Positions 52,131 through 64,000 of a stretch of 64,000 nt of DNA are shown here, piece by piece. Made by a program: the position numbers and the translations under genes. Source of the stretch: Dicyema japonicum (taxonomy: Eukaryota > Animalia > Dicyemida); contig RDEW01000002.1 of NCBI GenBank assembly GCA_011109175.1, forward strand, positions 260,299-324,298. Reading direction: 5' to 3'. Each line of letters opens with the position of its first letter. Position 1 is the stretch's first letter. Under the pieces are notes generated by a model that worked only from the letters and a program-made list of their open reading frames with translations, was not told where the DNA came from and made no database searches.

Positions 52131-53869
52131 AAATTACTTGTTCTCAAAATTTTAGGATGTAGCCAAAGTTGAAGCTGCGATTGGCTGACTTTTTCAAAAG
52201 ACGTGATATAGTTAACTGTGGCAATCTCAGATCAACATCACGATTACCGTAAAACTGGTTCTCCGCTCTTTCGATACTTTTCAACCTATTCCTTCACAGC
52301 ATACCAAAGGAAGGATAAATATAATTAAACCAAAGGAAAGATAAGGAAGGATAGATAAAGATAAATATTCCGTGTTAATATCCAATTCAAAAATTCTATT
52401 TTGATTGATTTTTTTTGTTTCAATAATTACGTTTATTTTTGATAAAAAACAGAAAAATTTGTTGGTTTCTACAATTAATCGAACGCTTGGGCTTTTGAAA
52501 CGTCCCGATTAGTTTTCTAAACTTCTATGTTAGATGTATTTCAGTTCAAACACGAGAAACGTGCGTCCATTTTGATTTCTGTGATTTGAGCTCTCTGGTT
52601 TTTACTTTTTGCTCAAACCCTCAATCATAGTTTTTTCTCAGTAGTCGGCTAGGAAAAGTTTGTGAGACGTTTACTTTCTTTAACTAAGGCCATCCCGTCA
52701 TATCGTTTAGGCACATCTTGTATTCAAGATAGGGTGGTTGACATAGCCTACTGCTCTTTGTAAGGAAGTGACCGATCAGGTTAATATGCCGACATGCAGT
52801 GAAAGCAAAGGAAGATGTTTAAAGTTAGTTGGTTTGTCTCCCTGATAGATGTTTGACGGGTCGTCATGACCGTGAAAAATCCCATCTGAGATAGTAATCC
52901 TTCTCCCTTGTATCGGGTAGTTGGCAATCATAGGAGTGCTAGCATTGATATCTCTACCAATGATCATATTTTTCATGGAAGCCAAACTGGATATATAGGG
53001 GATAGCGTAATGTTTCGTTCCAAAACCAAATGGGGCGCGTAGATCTTCACAAAGGTAATTTTCCATTTGTTGTTCCATTGGAGATCGGTATAATTTAAGT
53101 AACATCGTCTTCTCTCAAAAGATTTTTCCCCACCTAATTAATTTTCATCCATTTAAGATCTTTCCGGTATAAAATGAAGAGGTCATCACTCCGCTTATTC
53201 GTTATATGCAGGACCAACAGAGTAGGGCTGCTAAAAAGAGTCTCGCCTATTGAATCAAAGCGATGTCAATCTTCAGCTGGGCCATGAGAGAGCGTAGTTC
53301 AAATTTTGCTTCTTATCATTGATATTTGAATTTAGCAAAGTGGTCCATCGCTTGCGGTGGTTTAGACTTTTTCTGTAATTGAGAATAAAGAGCTGTCGCC
53401 AAAAAGAAAGTATCACCATAGGTAATGCTTAATGGTTCTCGTTACGAATACTTACGGAATTGGCGAACCACATAAGCCATGCTAAATTAATATGAAATAT
53501 TTTGATAAAGTTTGATATATTTCGAAAAACTTTTAGGAAAAGGTTAATAAATAAAACTTAAATTTATTCTATTGATCACAAAGATTTTTATTAAGGAAAG
53601 AAAATAGAGTAAACGATTATATAGCGGGCCCTGACGGCGTGGCTATTCCTCTCACGATGGCGAGCGAGATTCGCTCAAATAACCTTACAAATATTACCTA
53701 GATATTATCAATTTTTGCATTTCATGCAAAAGATCGGCAAACTATATAAAATTAGTATTGGATATATCATAGAAAATAGTTGTTAGCCAAAGGGCTGCGA
53801 AAGTAGAACCTCCTAAAGACTATCATAAAAAAGACCCTTCCCACCTGCAGCTTGGATCAGCAAACTCTA

Positions 53870-54260
53870 CATTCGAGTTAAGTTGCCGACAATTGAATAT
53901 GGCTGTTCTGCATCGAGATTCGCTCTCAGGCGGAAAATCAAGTGGCATATACAATCAGACACCATCGTCCCCTCCAGTCTCCTTTCAAAGGTAGTAACAT
54001 TGAAAAATGACCATGGCTTCCTAAGTGCCTGCAAAAAGCTAAGAAACCTATTCAGAGAAAGGACGGCCCATGCAGAAGAATTCAAATCGACCATACTTCA
54101 ATAGAATTTTTCTGCAGATACAAAATAAGGAACTTCCGGAGGGCAGTTGAGTCACTTACGGAACATTCAAGGAAAATTCGCGAGATGTTGAATGCTGAGA
54201 TCACCTAATTAGTGAGTAAAAATTTTTCTTGGTTGTCTTGGAGTTTTAAAAAAAATAGTA
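53870..54260 (+). mobile_element. Jockey-like LINE 3' remnant (related ends at about 34240, 51195, 62070 - and 63200)
   Basis: LPTIEYGCSA; shared terminal (W)DHL / GATCACCT followed by a T-rich UTR and an A tail. Confidence 0.5.
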
Positions 54261-54941
54261 AATAGAAAAGCTTGGTGCTATGTGAATGCTTTATTTGAGA
54301 TTTTTGTTTCTTTCTTTTGTTCCACCTCTTCCCTCTTCAAATAGAATGGCATCATGTGATCCACCTTTCTCAGTTGGTACCCAGTGCCAGAGTGGCTATG
54401 CAGGTTATATAGACTGTTTGACATTAGAAGGACTGTCTCTGACAGTTCTAACTGAATACATCGGATACACGAACTTTAGAAATAAGGATGAATAAATATC
54501 TGATTTATTTGCCACAGGATAAAATAGAAAAAATGGACAAAAACAATAGAATTTACTAGATAGTTGTAATCACGTAGATTAAGGTATATCCAGTTCCCAT
54601 AGGGGGAGTGAAACGCGTCAAACAATATCTGCAGTTGTGAGAACCCTTCACCTGCTGTATGGAAGAGTGATCATTTTTGGATGCCGGGAGGACTAACGAC
54701 TACTCTATTTTAGGCAAACCCACCTTCGAGTTCTCCCCTACGCCAAATACAACTGACGGATCTCTGTGAACATCCGCTCTAGGTTGTGACTTTCCTGCTA
54801 GCCACCGGTTTCTTTACTTGAAGGTAACTGGATAAATGAATAAATTGAAGTAAACCTAAAGAACAAGAGTGAACTACAAAAAAACAAAATAGTAATTTTA
54901 AAAAAAATTTAACATAAAAATATTTTATTTTAAATTTATTT

Positions 54942-57361
54942 ATGTTAAATTTACTAAAACGTTTAACTCCAGTTATCCCACGTTGTTCAATGTCGACATC
55001 AGAAATAACTATAATTACAGATAGACTACACTCTCTGGTTTACTAATTCTGATAATCCCAGTCAACCTCCAACTCAAAAAGCCATGAGGAAATGTCTCTC
55101 CTTTACAGCCAATTAACGCAACTTGTTGTTTTCTTTGCTAACAGATAGAACAGCGCTACTAATATATTTGATCGAGCCAAATTAGAGGATTTATTAAAAC
55201 AAAGATTTTTCTACATTCCATCATTCTCCATTTATGGGGGAGTTCAAGGACTTTACGACTACGGCCCTATTGGCTGTGCTACCCAAGCCAATATCATTGC
55301 TCTTTGGAGAAAGCACTTCATATTGGAGGAACGAATGCTTGAGGTAGACTGCTCTATAATCACCCCTGAACCTGTCTTGAAGGCTTCAGGTCACGTGGAT
55401 AGGTTCACCGACTATATGGTGAAGGACACGATCACTGGTGCCTGCTACCGGGCAGATCACCTTATTAAACGTATGTATTTAATATTTGTTTTTTGAAAAT
55501 ATTTTTTTTAATATTTATTTTAAAACAATAAATTTTATTTCTTTTAAATTTATTTAGAGTCATTGGAAACTAAACTTAAAGCAACTGAGTGTGAAGCTCT
55601 CAAAACTGAACTCAAAAATATTATCGATCTGGTAACTTAAGATATGCTATTTTTAGTTGGATGGATTCACTAGGGAAGAAATGAACTCCATATTTAAAAA
55701 GTACGACATTCGTGCTTCCATCACAGACAATCCAGTTACGGAGCTTATGCCTTTTAATCTCATGTTTTCAACCTTTATTGGTCCCACTGGTGGTGTTAAG
55801 GGGTAACTTTTATTTTTTACACATTTTCAGTTTTTTGCGACCCGAAACAGCTCAGGGGATGTTTGTCAATTTCGACAGTCTCCTCCGTTTCAATCAGTAT
55901 AATATTCCCTTTGCTGCGGCACAGATTGGAAAGTCTTTCCGTAACGAAATATCTCCCAGATCGGGGCTTATCAGAGTTAGGTATCCTTTCCCCAAATTTT
56001 ATCACTAGGGAGTTCACTATGGCAGAGATTGAGCACTTTGTTGATCCTACTGATAAATCTCACCCAAAATTTAGTTCAGTTTCCTCTCTCAAGATAAATC
56101 TGCTTTCTCAAACCTCTCAGAAAGAGTGTAGCTCTACAATAGAAGTTTTATTGGGGGAAGCAGTATCGTCGGTGAGCTGTTTATTTTATTCCAGGGGGTT
56201 ATTGCCAACGAGACGCTGGGATATTACATCGGAAGAATCTATCAGTTTCTGATTGCTGTAGGAGTGAAACATAACGGGTTGAGGTTCGTCAACATCTCCC
56301 GAATGAAATGGCCCACTATGCCTGTGACTGTTGGGACGCAGAATGTCTCACTTCCTATGTTTTGCTAACTTCTTATTCAGGGTTGGATCGAATGTGTTGG
56401 CTGTGCAGATCGGTCCTGCTATGATCTGTGTCAGCACTCATCGGCCACGAGGGCTAAACTGGTAGCCTCTCGCCATTTTGATGAGCCGGTAATTGACTAG
56501 GCGCTAATTTAGGTCAAAAGAGTGTTTGTAAACTGTAACCCTGTTCCAAAAGTGATCAATTCAAGGTACAAAAAGGAAACTAGTATGATCATTCAGTCTC
56601 TTAAGAGCCTATCTCCTGAATTGACAGAAAAACTGAGAGAAGAGCTCAGTAATAATGGGTTCGGATGTGTTTTATTGTAGCGTGTCTTGTTTGGAGATTG
56701 AAGGTAACAAAATTGAAGTTACTCCCGAAATGGTGCAATTCAAGCAAATCGAAAAGATTGTTTCTGGTTCTCGGTCATTTTATTCCCTAGATGAGGATTA
56801 TGTCCCCGGAGTTATTGAGCCTTCGTTTGGAATCGGAAGGATTATTTATTCTGTGTTCGAGCAGAATTTCTCCTGCAGAGAAGGGAGTGATACCAGAACT
56901 GTTTGTTGTGTTGATTAGTATTAGTATATTGCACTTCCCCCACCAATTTGTCCCTATAAATGTGCTGTCTTTCCGTTGTCTAAGAATAAGGATTTACTGG
57001 AGGTTGTCGGTCAAATTGGTTTGATTATTTTTTAATTTTTTGAAAATGGATTACACGAGATGGGGGTTCCTTACAGATCTGATAACTCGGGGACCTCTAT
57101 CGGGAAGAAATATGTTAGAAACGATCAGTTGTCTGTCCCCTTTGCCATTACTGTTGATTTTGATTCCCTTAAGGATTCTGCTGTCACTGTGAGAGACAGA
57201 GACTCGATGTTACAGATTAGAGTGCCTGTGAGTGGGAGGAGTGCTAATTATCGTAGATTGCTGATGTTGGGCCATTGGTTGCCTCCTTGAGCGCAACTGG
57301 AAAGAATAGTCGAACTTGGGGTGACGTTATACTCGAATATCCGCTTTTTAGATCATCCTAA
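54942..57361 (+). CDS. GARS1: Glycyl-tRNA synthetase (eukaryotic alpha2 type), 14 introns, starts at 54942 and 54990
   Basis: [115 protein letters not shown]. Needs one 1-nt frameshift correction (about 56287) and one non-AG intron (57019-57042). Confidence 0.97.
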
Positions 57362-57679
57362 TTGATTTTATTTTCCTAAACTGTTTTCTAATGCTTTTTT
57401 GTGGGTCGTTGGCATGGTAACACGTGCTTTGGGTTGAAATTTGATCAAAGTTACTGTCAAAGTGTTTGAGAGTGGATATCTTGCTTTTGCTTTTTTAAGC
57501 GATCTAGAACTTTTTTGGAAAGGAAAATATTATTCCCACGTGTGAAGACTTTAAAAATAGTTCATAATAACTCTTAATAAATGTTAGGTACCCCCACTAC
57601 TTATGCATAAAAAGCTTTTAGAATTACGGAGCGTTGATTATTAGGGAGAAATAATAAGACATTTAAAAAAAATTTTAAT

Positions 57680-58560
57680 AACAAAATAGTACAATTAGGA
57701 CAGTTCAAGACAAAAATAGGACAATTTTATTATTATTTTACTTTTTAAACCATTTTGTATTTTTAGCGTTTAACTATAAACAAAATATCACAAATACTTA
57801 ATCTGGGCTTTAAATTATTCTCAAAAATAACAATCTAAGATATCATTTGAGGACAATTTTTATGGAAATTAGCAAAAACTATCCATTGTTAGAGAAATAA
57901 AAATATAACATGAAATATTTTTCAATATTGTTTTCATTGAAATTTTTCTGCATTACAACTTTCCCGTTAATGTTACTTTCATCAATAATTAAATAAAAGT
58001 GTTTGTTTAAAATTGTTTTCTGTAGTTCAATAATATAAATTGTAGGGACATGGTAATTTAGCACATAGCTTTTTTATATAACTATGTTCTAACTTGTGAA
58101 GTGAAATATCGGCATTTAAAAATTCTTTAACCAAAAGTTATCAAGTTTTCTTCGTTATCTTAAGTAAGAAAAAGTTGAGTGGTCTCTATGCTTTTAGCAT
58201 TCAGTCTGATGTCTTTTCCATTAAGATGTAGATCAGTGTAGTATTGTTAGATGATTTTTCTATCTTAGAGCATTTTGGCAGAATAATTCTCCTTTGGTGT
58301 TCGTTTAAATATTTGATTTTTTGGAAATTGCTCTTGAAATTTATTCATTATTTTGCCTCTGAGTTCTAATAGTTTTAATAATTGAGAAAATACAAACCTG
58401 CCATTGAATAAAAACTGCGAGTACACAAAAAACAATTTACAACGTGTAATTTAAAAAGACGTAAAAATACTAGCAAAATTAAAAAAATAATTAAAATAAA
58501 TATGTCCTGTTTTAGGACAATTTTATAATTGAAATAGGACAAAGTCCTACTTTTTTGAAG
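57680..58560 (-). mobile_element. Degenerate hAT-like element with AGGACA subterminal repeats
   Basis: FLNADISLHKL and FYLIIDES (same type as the 12.3 kb remnant); AGGACA repeats clustered at both ends. Confidence 0.5.
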
Positions 58561-59279
58561 AAGTGAAAAGCATCCCTTGGCTCTCCCTCACACCCAACAA
58601 GAAAACTTAAACAAACACAAGAAAATTTTTTTGTGGCACTGTGGATTGTATTTTTGTAGTAGGAAATGATGTCCTGTGTACTATCACAATATCATCAATC
58701 AGTCGTTGAAGATCACGTGAGCAGGTCACCAAGTTAAAATGAAAAAATTTTAATTTTCTAAAATAGTTATTTTCAAGATCAAATCAAGGATATAGACCAC
58801 TTTAGATTTTCTTATAATCAAAGAAAACTTGAAGAGTTCAAAGATGCCCACGTGGAGGGGTTCATCATACGGATTAATTATACATATTTTGTTTAATATC
58901 ATATTTCGTTTGATAATGTAGAAACCGTTTTGTTCATGGGCAATAGAAAAATATTAAAACAAATGTTGGACAAATCACCAGTTGAAGAGATTAGCGGGAC
59001 TAATCACGCTACGAGGATTTCCCAGCCTTGACTAGGTTTCGCTTCCAATCTCGGAAAACACCAGTAGTGACAGACCAATGAAAGCATTAGTATTCCAATT
59101 TTATATGAAATACTCGGAATTTCTGCAATGTTTGCGTATACCCAGATGCGCGTAGAATAAAAACTCGGATTTCAAAAAATAACATTATTACTTAAAGATT
59201 CAAGTAAAAGTAATTATTTTATAACGCCCGTCTAACGCTTCTATGGACCAACCTCTATTGCCTGTATAGGTGTGTTCAC

Positions 59280-59780
59280 GTCGCTGCACATCTAGGTTGA
59301 CCACCAGGAATCGATACTCCATGCCTCCTCTCAGCTTGCATACTCGCCAAAGTCTTCCGCGTTTTTATATAAGCTTTGACCATTTCCTCTAGTTTGAGGG
59401 CATCCAGTTAGCCTTTGAAGAATCTCGAGACAATTCCATCCAAGTTGATGACCACAGAGATTATTTTCACCTTTGCAGGATGGATAATCTCAAATTACTT
59501 CTCCAGTCATAGTTGTGGAACTTTTCTACCTTGTCAAGCTCGGGGGAGTTTAGCCAAGTGATCCAATTTTAACAAAAGTAATCGTATTGTTTATCTTATC
59601 ATGAACTAAAATGTCGGGTTTGTTATTCGTTACAGCCGTATCCGTACTGATCGTCATGTCTAAACGAATCTCCAGAAATTCATTTGCGACAACAGAATGT
59701 ACTGAATGGGTCTTCAGTTTCTTAATTTTTATTATTCCGCGTTGACGGCAGAGATGCAGGTGTAAAGATCTGACCACTAA
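59280..59780 (-). mobile_element. REL endonuclease / 3' remnant of an R4/NeSL-like LINE
   Basis: VVRSLHLHLC, NNKPDILVHDK..ITFV.IG (PD..D/ExK-type); a related end lies at about 46060-46320. Confidence 0.7.
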
Positions 59781-60814
59781 AGTTGAAATAATAATCTATA
59801 AAAAAAAACTTTATTGTTATGTATTGACAAAAATTTCATTATCTGGTATATCGCTTTGATAATTGAAATTGTTTTTTTTGTTGTAAACACTGGTCCACAA
59901 ATTATAACAGATTCATGCTCTATATTTTGCCTCAAATATTAAAATTAGTGTCGTAAATAAACTTTGTTAAGGGGTCGATATGGATATTTCAATTTTAAAG
60001 AGTGGGCCACAGTCTTAAGTGATGAAATACATCGAGAACCTTTTAATCCAACAATTTAAAAGTGACTTCATTCTTCTCATGAGTTTCAGCCTTCGAATAA
60101 ATGTTCCAACCAATCACAATGGTATTATATCATTTTTATTCGAGATATAGTTCCAATCCTCGTTCCGAACATTTGTGCTAAGAATCTGTGAATAGATATT
60201 TTTTGATAGAAGAAAAGCTATTTCAAATTTTTCTTGTTATTCTGATCATTTAAGAACACCACAAGAATATTAAGTCAATGTGAAATTTTATTTTAAATTA
60301 AAATAAAATAAATCATAAGTTATAATCAATTAATTTGGTTCCACATCGAGGTTTTTATCTGAAAGGTTCTTTTCCATTTTTACGCTTCCTACCAAGTGTT
60401 AAAAAATCTGAGGGTGTCTAAAAAACAAGGTGAAGTAGTCTCCAAATCGAGATCGGACTGTAGTCACTTCGTCTAGATCAAACTGTATCGAATACAATCT
60501 CTACTTTGTGGTTTAGACATGAAAGACATATTAAAGTAGAACAATTTGACCTATTTATGGTACTGACAATTTTTTCTCGACAAAATGCTAATATTTGCTG
60601 GCACATAAATGAATTTAGTTAATCATCAACGTTATGAGAAAGTCAATGCGGAAATCTGGTTTGGGCCGATTACCCTTATGATAATCCATAGAGTAAGGGC
60701 CAACACTCCAAACGTCTCAAGAGAAATTAATCGAAAAAAACTTATTGTATCAAAAAATTGCGGTTTTACGTAGCTATTTTTTAATATTAATGATAATGTT
60801 CGATAAATAAAAAA

Positions 60815-61580
60815 ATGGGCGGTTGCAATAATTGTATTCTCTTTCTAAATGTTGTTATTTTGGCTGTAATGTGATATAATAAAGTTCAAGGGCATTGCAG
60901 GAGTCGGGTTTTATTGTGGGGGAATGGTAATGAAGAACATCGTCAGATATAAACTCCTTGAGATCAAATATTTCAAAACTTCTGGAGTTTTCGTGATTTG
61001 CACTGCTTTGGTGGCCTTAACAGCCGCAATTTCTGGACTCTGCTTAGTGTTTCAACAAAAACCCACGTGTTCTAAATATTTAGTAAGATTTCTCACTCAT
61101 TTAGTTCAAATCCTTCCTTGTCCTCATTTTCTGCCTGATTACTGCGGGGACTGTCATCTACTGCGTGCACAGATCATCAGTCTGGTTTTTTGATATTTTT
61201 AGTTTGAAAAAATTATTAAGAACGCCCTTGTTGACGATATAAAGAAATACAACGCGACTAAGGATGAGATTGATTTCTATCAGGAAAATTTCAAATGCTG
61301 TGGAGCTATCAATTCGACAGATTTCCTAAATATTGGTGTGGAGATCCCCAAAAGTTGCTATTATGGGGACAAAATTCTAAGAATTTACAAAACCGTACTG
61401 TGCCTTGTTATTTTAGGGATGCATCGAGGCATTCAACAATTTAATCTTCAAATATAAAAATTACTTCATCGCAGGGTGCTGTGTGATTTGTCTGCTCATG
61501 GTTGTCTGATAGTTTCAATTTCGCAGTTATTCGGAATCGTAATGGATTATAGCAAAGACAACGAATATAAAGAATTCTAA
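60815..61580 (+). CDS. Tetraspanin (CD63-like tail), 215 aa
   Basis: Introns 60866-60890, 61083-61104, 61180-61202, 61395-61416 and 61501-61526 give an intact ORF with four TMs, YQENFKCCG, IPKSC, GC and C-terminal EYKEF*. Confidence 0.92.
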
Positions 61581-63644
61581 TTCGCCACTTAAATTTCTTT
61601 ATTTTAGTCAGAATTTACTAATTGCGTTAATTTCTTTACTAATACTCTGAGATTGTTTTATATTTTCATTAATAGATCACTGGCCAACGTTTCTTGTCGC
61701 AAAACTGTTCTGGAAAATTTTAATCTGCGACGGATCAGGATTTTGGCTCCCCTCAAGTGACCAGCTTGGGGACATCATCTATAAAATCCTCTCCGGACCA
61801 GAACCACCAATGACGCTAAGGTTTGTTGGAGAACCCAACACTACTAGGTGGATGCTTGATGGCAGCCGGACTCCTACATGCTACTAAGGTCGGGGTAACT
61901 GTTGAACGTTCGGAGAAATGAGTCGACCTATCATTCATTAAACTGGTAATGTCGGATCGCTGAGAAACTGGATCTTTTATCATATTAAACACTGGTTTCA
62001 CTAAGGTCAGGAGTAGATTATTATTATTAAAAACCAAAAATCACCGACAAATTAAATAACTACATAGCCGTCAGGTGATTCCGGCCGCCTCGAGTAGCCA
62101 TCTCATTCTTGCTCGGTGTTCTTCCCGGGTTCCAAAGCATTTCCGGATTGGGCGGGGTTTCTAAATTTTGTTAAAACACTCCTTAGACAATATAATGGGT
62201 GTTTCAACTCAAATTTGGACTTGCTCTACGTGCAGTATATTCAATCGTCTCTAACTTACGGATGTGCTGCATGGGGAACCAACCTATCAAACAAGAATAT
62301 AGAAAAAAATCAATACCTTCCAAAAAATGGCCAGTAAGGTTTTGAAAAGGTTTTCTTGGACACCTATAAACCCTACACCTTTTGAGGAATTAGTGAGGAA
62401 AACCGGAGCCTTACTACCCTCCAAAAAAGTTAGATAGTTAATAAAATCTGAAATTCAGTGTTTTCGGTGCTAATATTTAGAATATATTAATATTAAGAAC
62501 ATTCTGAGATAGATAACTAACAATTTCCTTGTCTCTCTCAAATACCCGCTATTTGGGATAGACGGGATTCGAACCAAGACATTAGTGTATTTGCTGCTTT
62601 TTTATATCCGAAAGTTCACATATCAGATGTATCCTAGTCCTTAAGAGAGACGAGAGGTTACATCTATATTGAAGAGATAAAGTGTACTATACCAATAATC
62701 GATTCCACGAGAGCTACGTCATCCGCTTAACCATTAACCACGTGGGAATCGTAAAAAGTTTCTGTGCTACAGTATTGAAAAACAAAGAGGAAATTGTCTA
62801 TAAATAAATCCAAATTTTGTGTGAATTATGATTCTGGAAAGCACGTGGTTAATTATAGAGAGCGTCGAAATAGTTATGTAAGTTGTCGAATGAACAAGAG
62901 AGGTTTTCGAATGTTGGGTAAAAGAATAAAAGTGTATGGAGAAAATCGTTTTCGCTTAGTTTTTAATAAACATTAAAGATTGACGGATACGAAAAAAAGT
63001 GCCAAGTTTTTATCTAACTTTTTATTTCAATCTGGTGGCACCCCTTAAAAAAGAGGACAGGAAACCCATTCAGAGAGAGGGTGGTTCATGCGGAGGATTT
63101 CAGATTGACATTAAAAAAAGTGGACTCCGATAGAATTTCTCTGCAGAAATTAAAGAAGACACTTCAGAAACGCTGTTGGTTCATTTGAAGAAAGTTCGAG
63201 AGATGTTGGAGACTGGGATCACTTAATTTAGCAAGTTAATTTTTTCTATCTTGGTGGTCTTGGGGTTTAAAAAAATTTCCCACGTTCCTATGTTCACCTG
63301 ACCGATACAACTCCTGTTGCAAAGAGCTTTTGATTCAAATTGAGGTATAAATGAAGATATCTCAATATAATAGACGCTCAAATGTGAAATTTGTTATAAG
63401 TATGGCAATCGATAGATTATTGACAATTAAATAGTTTCGGGAGAACACAATGGGCCCCCAAGCTGGTAGCTTTTAGCAGATCAGATGGAAGTCTTAATAA
63501 TAAATGAGAGTAAACTAAAGAAACAAGAAATCTTTCATCTTCTGTGTAAATTGTGTGATTTACTCTGTGCGAAGGATGATGTAATGTCATAAGGCCTAGA
63601 AAAATCCAGATTCTTCTGGTTTCTGATTTTGCTGCAGTTTATCC

Positions 63645-63752
63645 AGAGTCCACGCATCTACAATGCTTTTTGGTTCGATGAGTGATGCCGTTAAAAGTGA
63701 ATACCTCACTGTGGAATTGGATCGTTTACAGACTTGTACAAAAAAAAAAAAA
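63645..63752 (+). mobile_element. SINE family A, 3' part with poly(A)
   Basis: TCCACGCATCTAC.ATGC...GA.GAGTGA.GCCGT...AGTG.ATAC.TCACTG.GGAA.TGGAT, then an A run. Confidence 0.75.
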
Positions 63753-64000
63753 AGGTAAGGAACATACCTTTGACCTACATTCGACGATTCCAGTGAAGAG
63801 TTCCATAGGCAATGCAAGCAGTTGGCTGAAGTATAGAAGTGGACCGTGGCATTGGAGATTGCATTAGATATTTAAGGAAGATGATTGAAAACTTACTAAT
63901 CAAAGTAGAAAAACTCACGGCTTCTTGTCTTAATATATCCACGTTGTGCTAAGCAAATATTGGACAAAAACAGAGTTATGGTCAGAAAACTATCGACCTG

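Noticed and set aside
49825-61580. Non-standard genetic code as the reason for short ORFs
   Set aside because: In-frame stops in host genes fall within removable introns; RPS11, GlyRS and the tetraspanin translate and terminate normally.

Overview
AT-rich eukaryotic nuclear DNA (roughly one-third GC by eye). It is most likely from a small-genome parasitic animal with tiny introns; a dicyemid or myxozoan-like organism is an inference, not an identification. Few host genes sit in a matrix of decayed transposons. Host genes rebuilt by hand: an AP-complex sigma subunit (29588-30108 +), a tandem LAMP-like cluster (one intact copy at 39958-41199 -, one frameshifted copy at 35119-36341 -, plus 3' fragments), a TMEM126-like gene (44011-44677 +), intronless RPS11 (49825-50304 -), glycyl-tRNA synthetase with two in-frame starts (54942-57361 +, 14 introns) and a tetraspanin (60815-61580 +). 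Of the 29 introns traced, nearly all are 22-29 nt. The most notable points are: (1) a GlyRS micro-intron whose best alignment gives a GT..TG boundary, plus a second GT..GG candidate in TMEM126; (2) a Buster-type hAT element with TIRs and an 8-bp TSD whose transposase carries a host-type 26-nt intron inside the HTE/IRWLSKG motif; (3) LAMP-like paralogues with a hypervariable luminal patch and different lysosomal-sorting tails; (4) strong over-representation of CACGTG. Repeats include CRE-like retroelements (some with a PHD finger), RTE/Jockey/R4-like LINE remnants (one with a 2A-like motif), pogo/Tc2 and hAT remnants, and a tRNA-derived SINE. All coordinates were read by eye; repeat boundaries are approximate.
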